Of a DNA stretch of 64,000 nt, positions 63,228 through 64,000 are shown piece after piece (the stretch's first letter is position 1; each line of letters starts with the position of its first letter). The translations under genes and the position numbers were made by a program. This stretch comes from Cenococcum geophilum (Eukaryota). The notes below the pieces were generated by a model, which saw only the letters and a program-made list of their open reading frames with translations, was not told the DNA's origin and did no database searches. Location: the NCBI GenBank assembly GCA_050273025.1, contig CP158636.1, forward strand, positions 10,044,001 through 10,108,000, read 5' to 3'.

Positions 63228-63911
63228 CTAAAGAGAGTCAGAGTCTCTCGGGTGCAACAATCGGGAGTACGCCCTTGATGAAAGCCGCCTATAGCCAAGC
63301 TGCCGCGCTATTAATGCAATATCAGACGTGAGAAGCCGTTCGGTATGAGAGGGCGGCTGTGTCGACAAAGTCTCAGAACCCCAGAGTGGCTCCCTTATGG
63401 CAGCGCCACTGTCCTCTCGCAAGCGGGCGTACAGGCGCTCGGTACGCAGGAATGGAAGGTTTGTTACAGAGTCCAGGATGATGTCGTGAATCTCCAGGTA
63501 AGCTGCGGAGAAGAACTTTGGGTATTGGCTTTCGGACCCAGCGACAATATTGCAGATGCTGGTGAATTCGGCAATGGTAAGGTCCTCATTGGGGTCACTG
63601 GGTACGAGTTGTACAATCTTCAATAATCGAAGGTTAGGGAACGCTCCAGCTTCGTACAGCTTTCGAAGATTCGACTTTAGCTCTGCTCCGGTAGTCATAT
63701 AATTCTCGTCATGCCACTCGGGACACACGGTATCCGTTCCACAGCGGTGAGTTGGCGGCCGATTGCTACACGGATCTAATCTAATTATGGCTGACCGTAG
63801 TGATGAATAAACTCGAGGTCTGCTACTGTTGTGATTGAGGTTGCCCTCGTATGTATCTTGGGAAAGGTGGCAGAGAAGCTTAGGACACAACGTGGAAATC
63901 CTTAAACGCAA
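63228..63911 (-). CDS. Hypothetical protein, probably a 3' exon of a gene starting at or beyond the window edge
   Basis: 227-codon open frame with gene-like composition (LYEAGAFPNLRLLKIV); no family recognised. Confidence 0.4.
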   Translation of the reverse strand: MRLRISTLCPKLLCHLSQDTYEGNLNHNSSRPRVYSSLRSAIIRLDPCSNRPPTHRCGTDTVCPEWHDENYMTTGAELKSNLRKLYEAGAFPNLRLLKIVQLVPSDPNEDLTIAEFTSICNIVAGSESQYPKFFSAAYLEIHDIILDSVTNLPFLRTERLYARLREDSGAAIREPLWGSETLSTQPPSHTERLLTSDIALIARQLGYRRLSSRAYSRLLHPRDSDSL

Positions 63912-64000
63912 ATGGTGTAAACGAGGTATGATGGCACCAACTGCGGCACAGATATGATTGTTGACCCTGATCTCCTCAATTTGTGCCTGGGTACGGAAAA

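Overview
Filamentous ascomycete genomic DNA (spliceosomal introns, RIP-type C>T/G>A decay; a Dothideomycete-like, TE-expanded genome is my inference). Bases 1-27835 are an AT-rich block of nested, RIP-inactivated transposons whose junctions can be read directly. A hAT relic hosts a Tad1-like LINE (14-bp TSD), a TA-flanked MITE and a TIR element. That TIR element hosts a Gypsy element (itself interrupted by a GalEa-type Copia) and a complete two-gene Mutator-like element (9-bp TSD), which is interrupted by a full-length GalEa-type Copia (268-bp LTRs, 5-bp TSD). Bases 28400-64000 are gene-rich: amino-acid permease, alpha/beta hydrolase, proteasome beta7 and beta6 flanking an HCNGP gene, a PpoC-type dioxygenase-P450 fusion head-to-head with a Tle1/DUF2235 lipase followed by a SnoaL-like gene, RPL23, a malic-enzyme gene destroyed by a Copia insertion plus deletion, a chain of three abutting fold-back MITEs, a UCH deubiquitinase, a ZNF207/BuGZ-like gene and a partial Zn-cluster gene. 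Best candidates for new biology: the lipase + dioxygenase-P450 (+SnoaL) putative oxylipin module, the two-gene Mutator-like element, the possible self-priming fold and AT-hooks of the GalEa elements, and the TCA/TGA-linked MITE chain. All calls are by eye with no database searches. TE protein motifs were read after mentally reverting RIP mutations.
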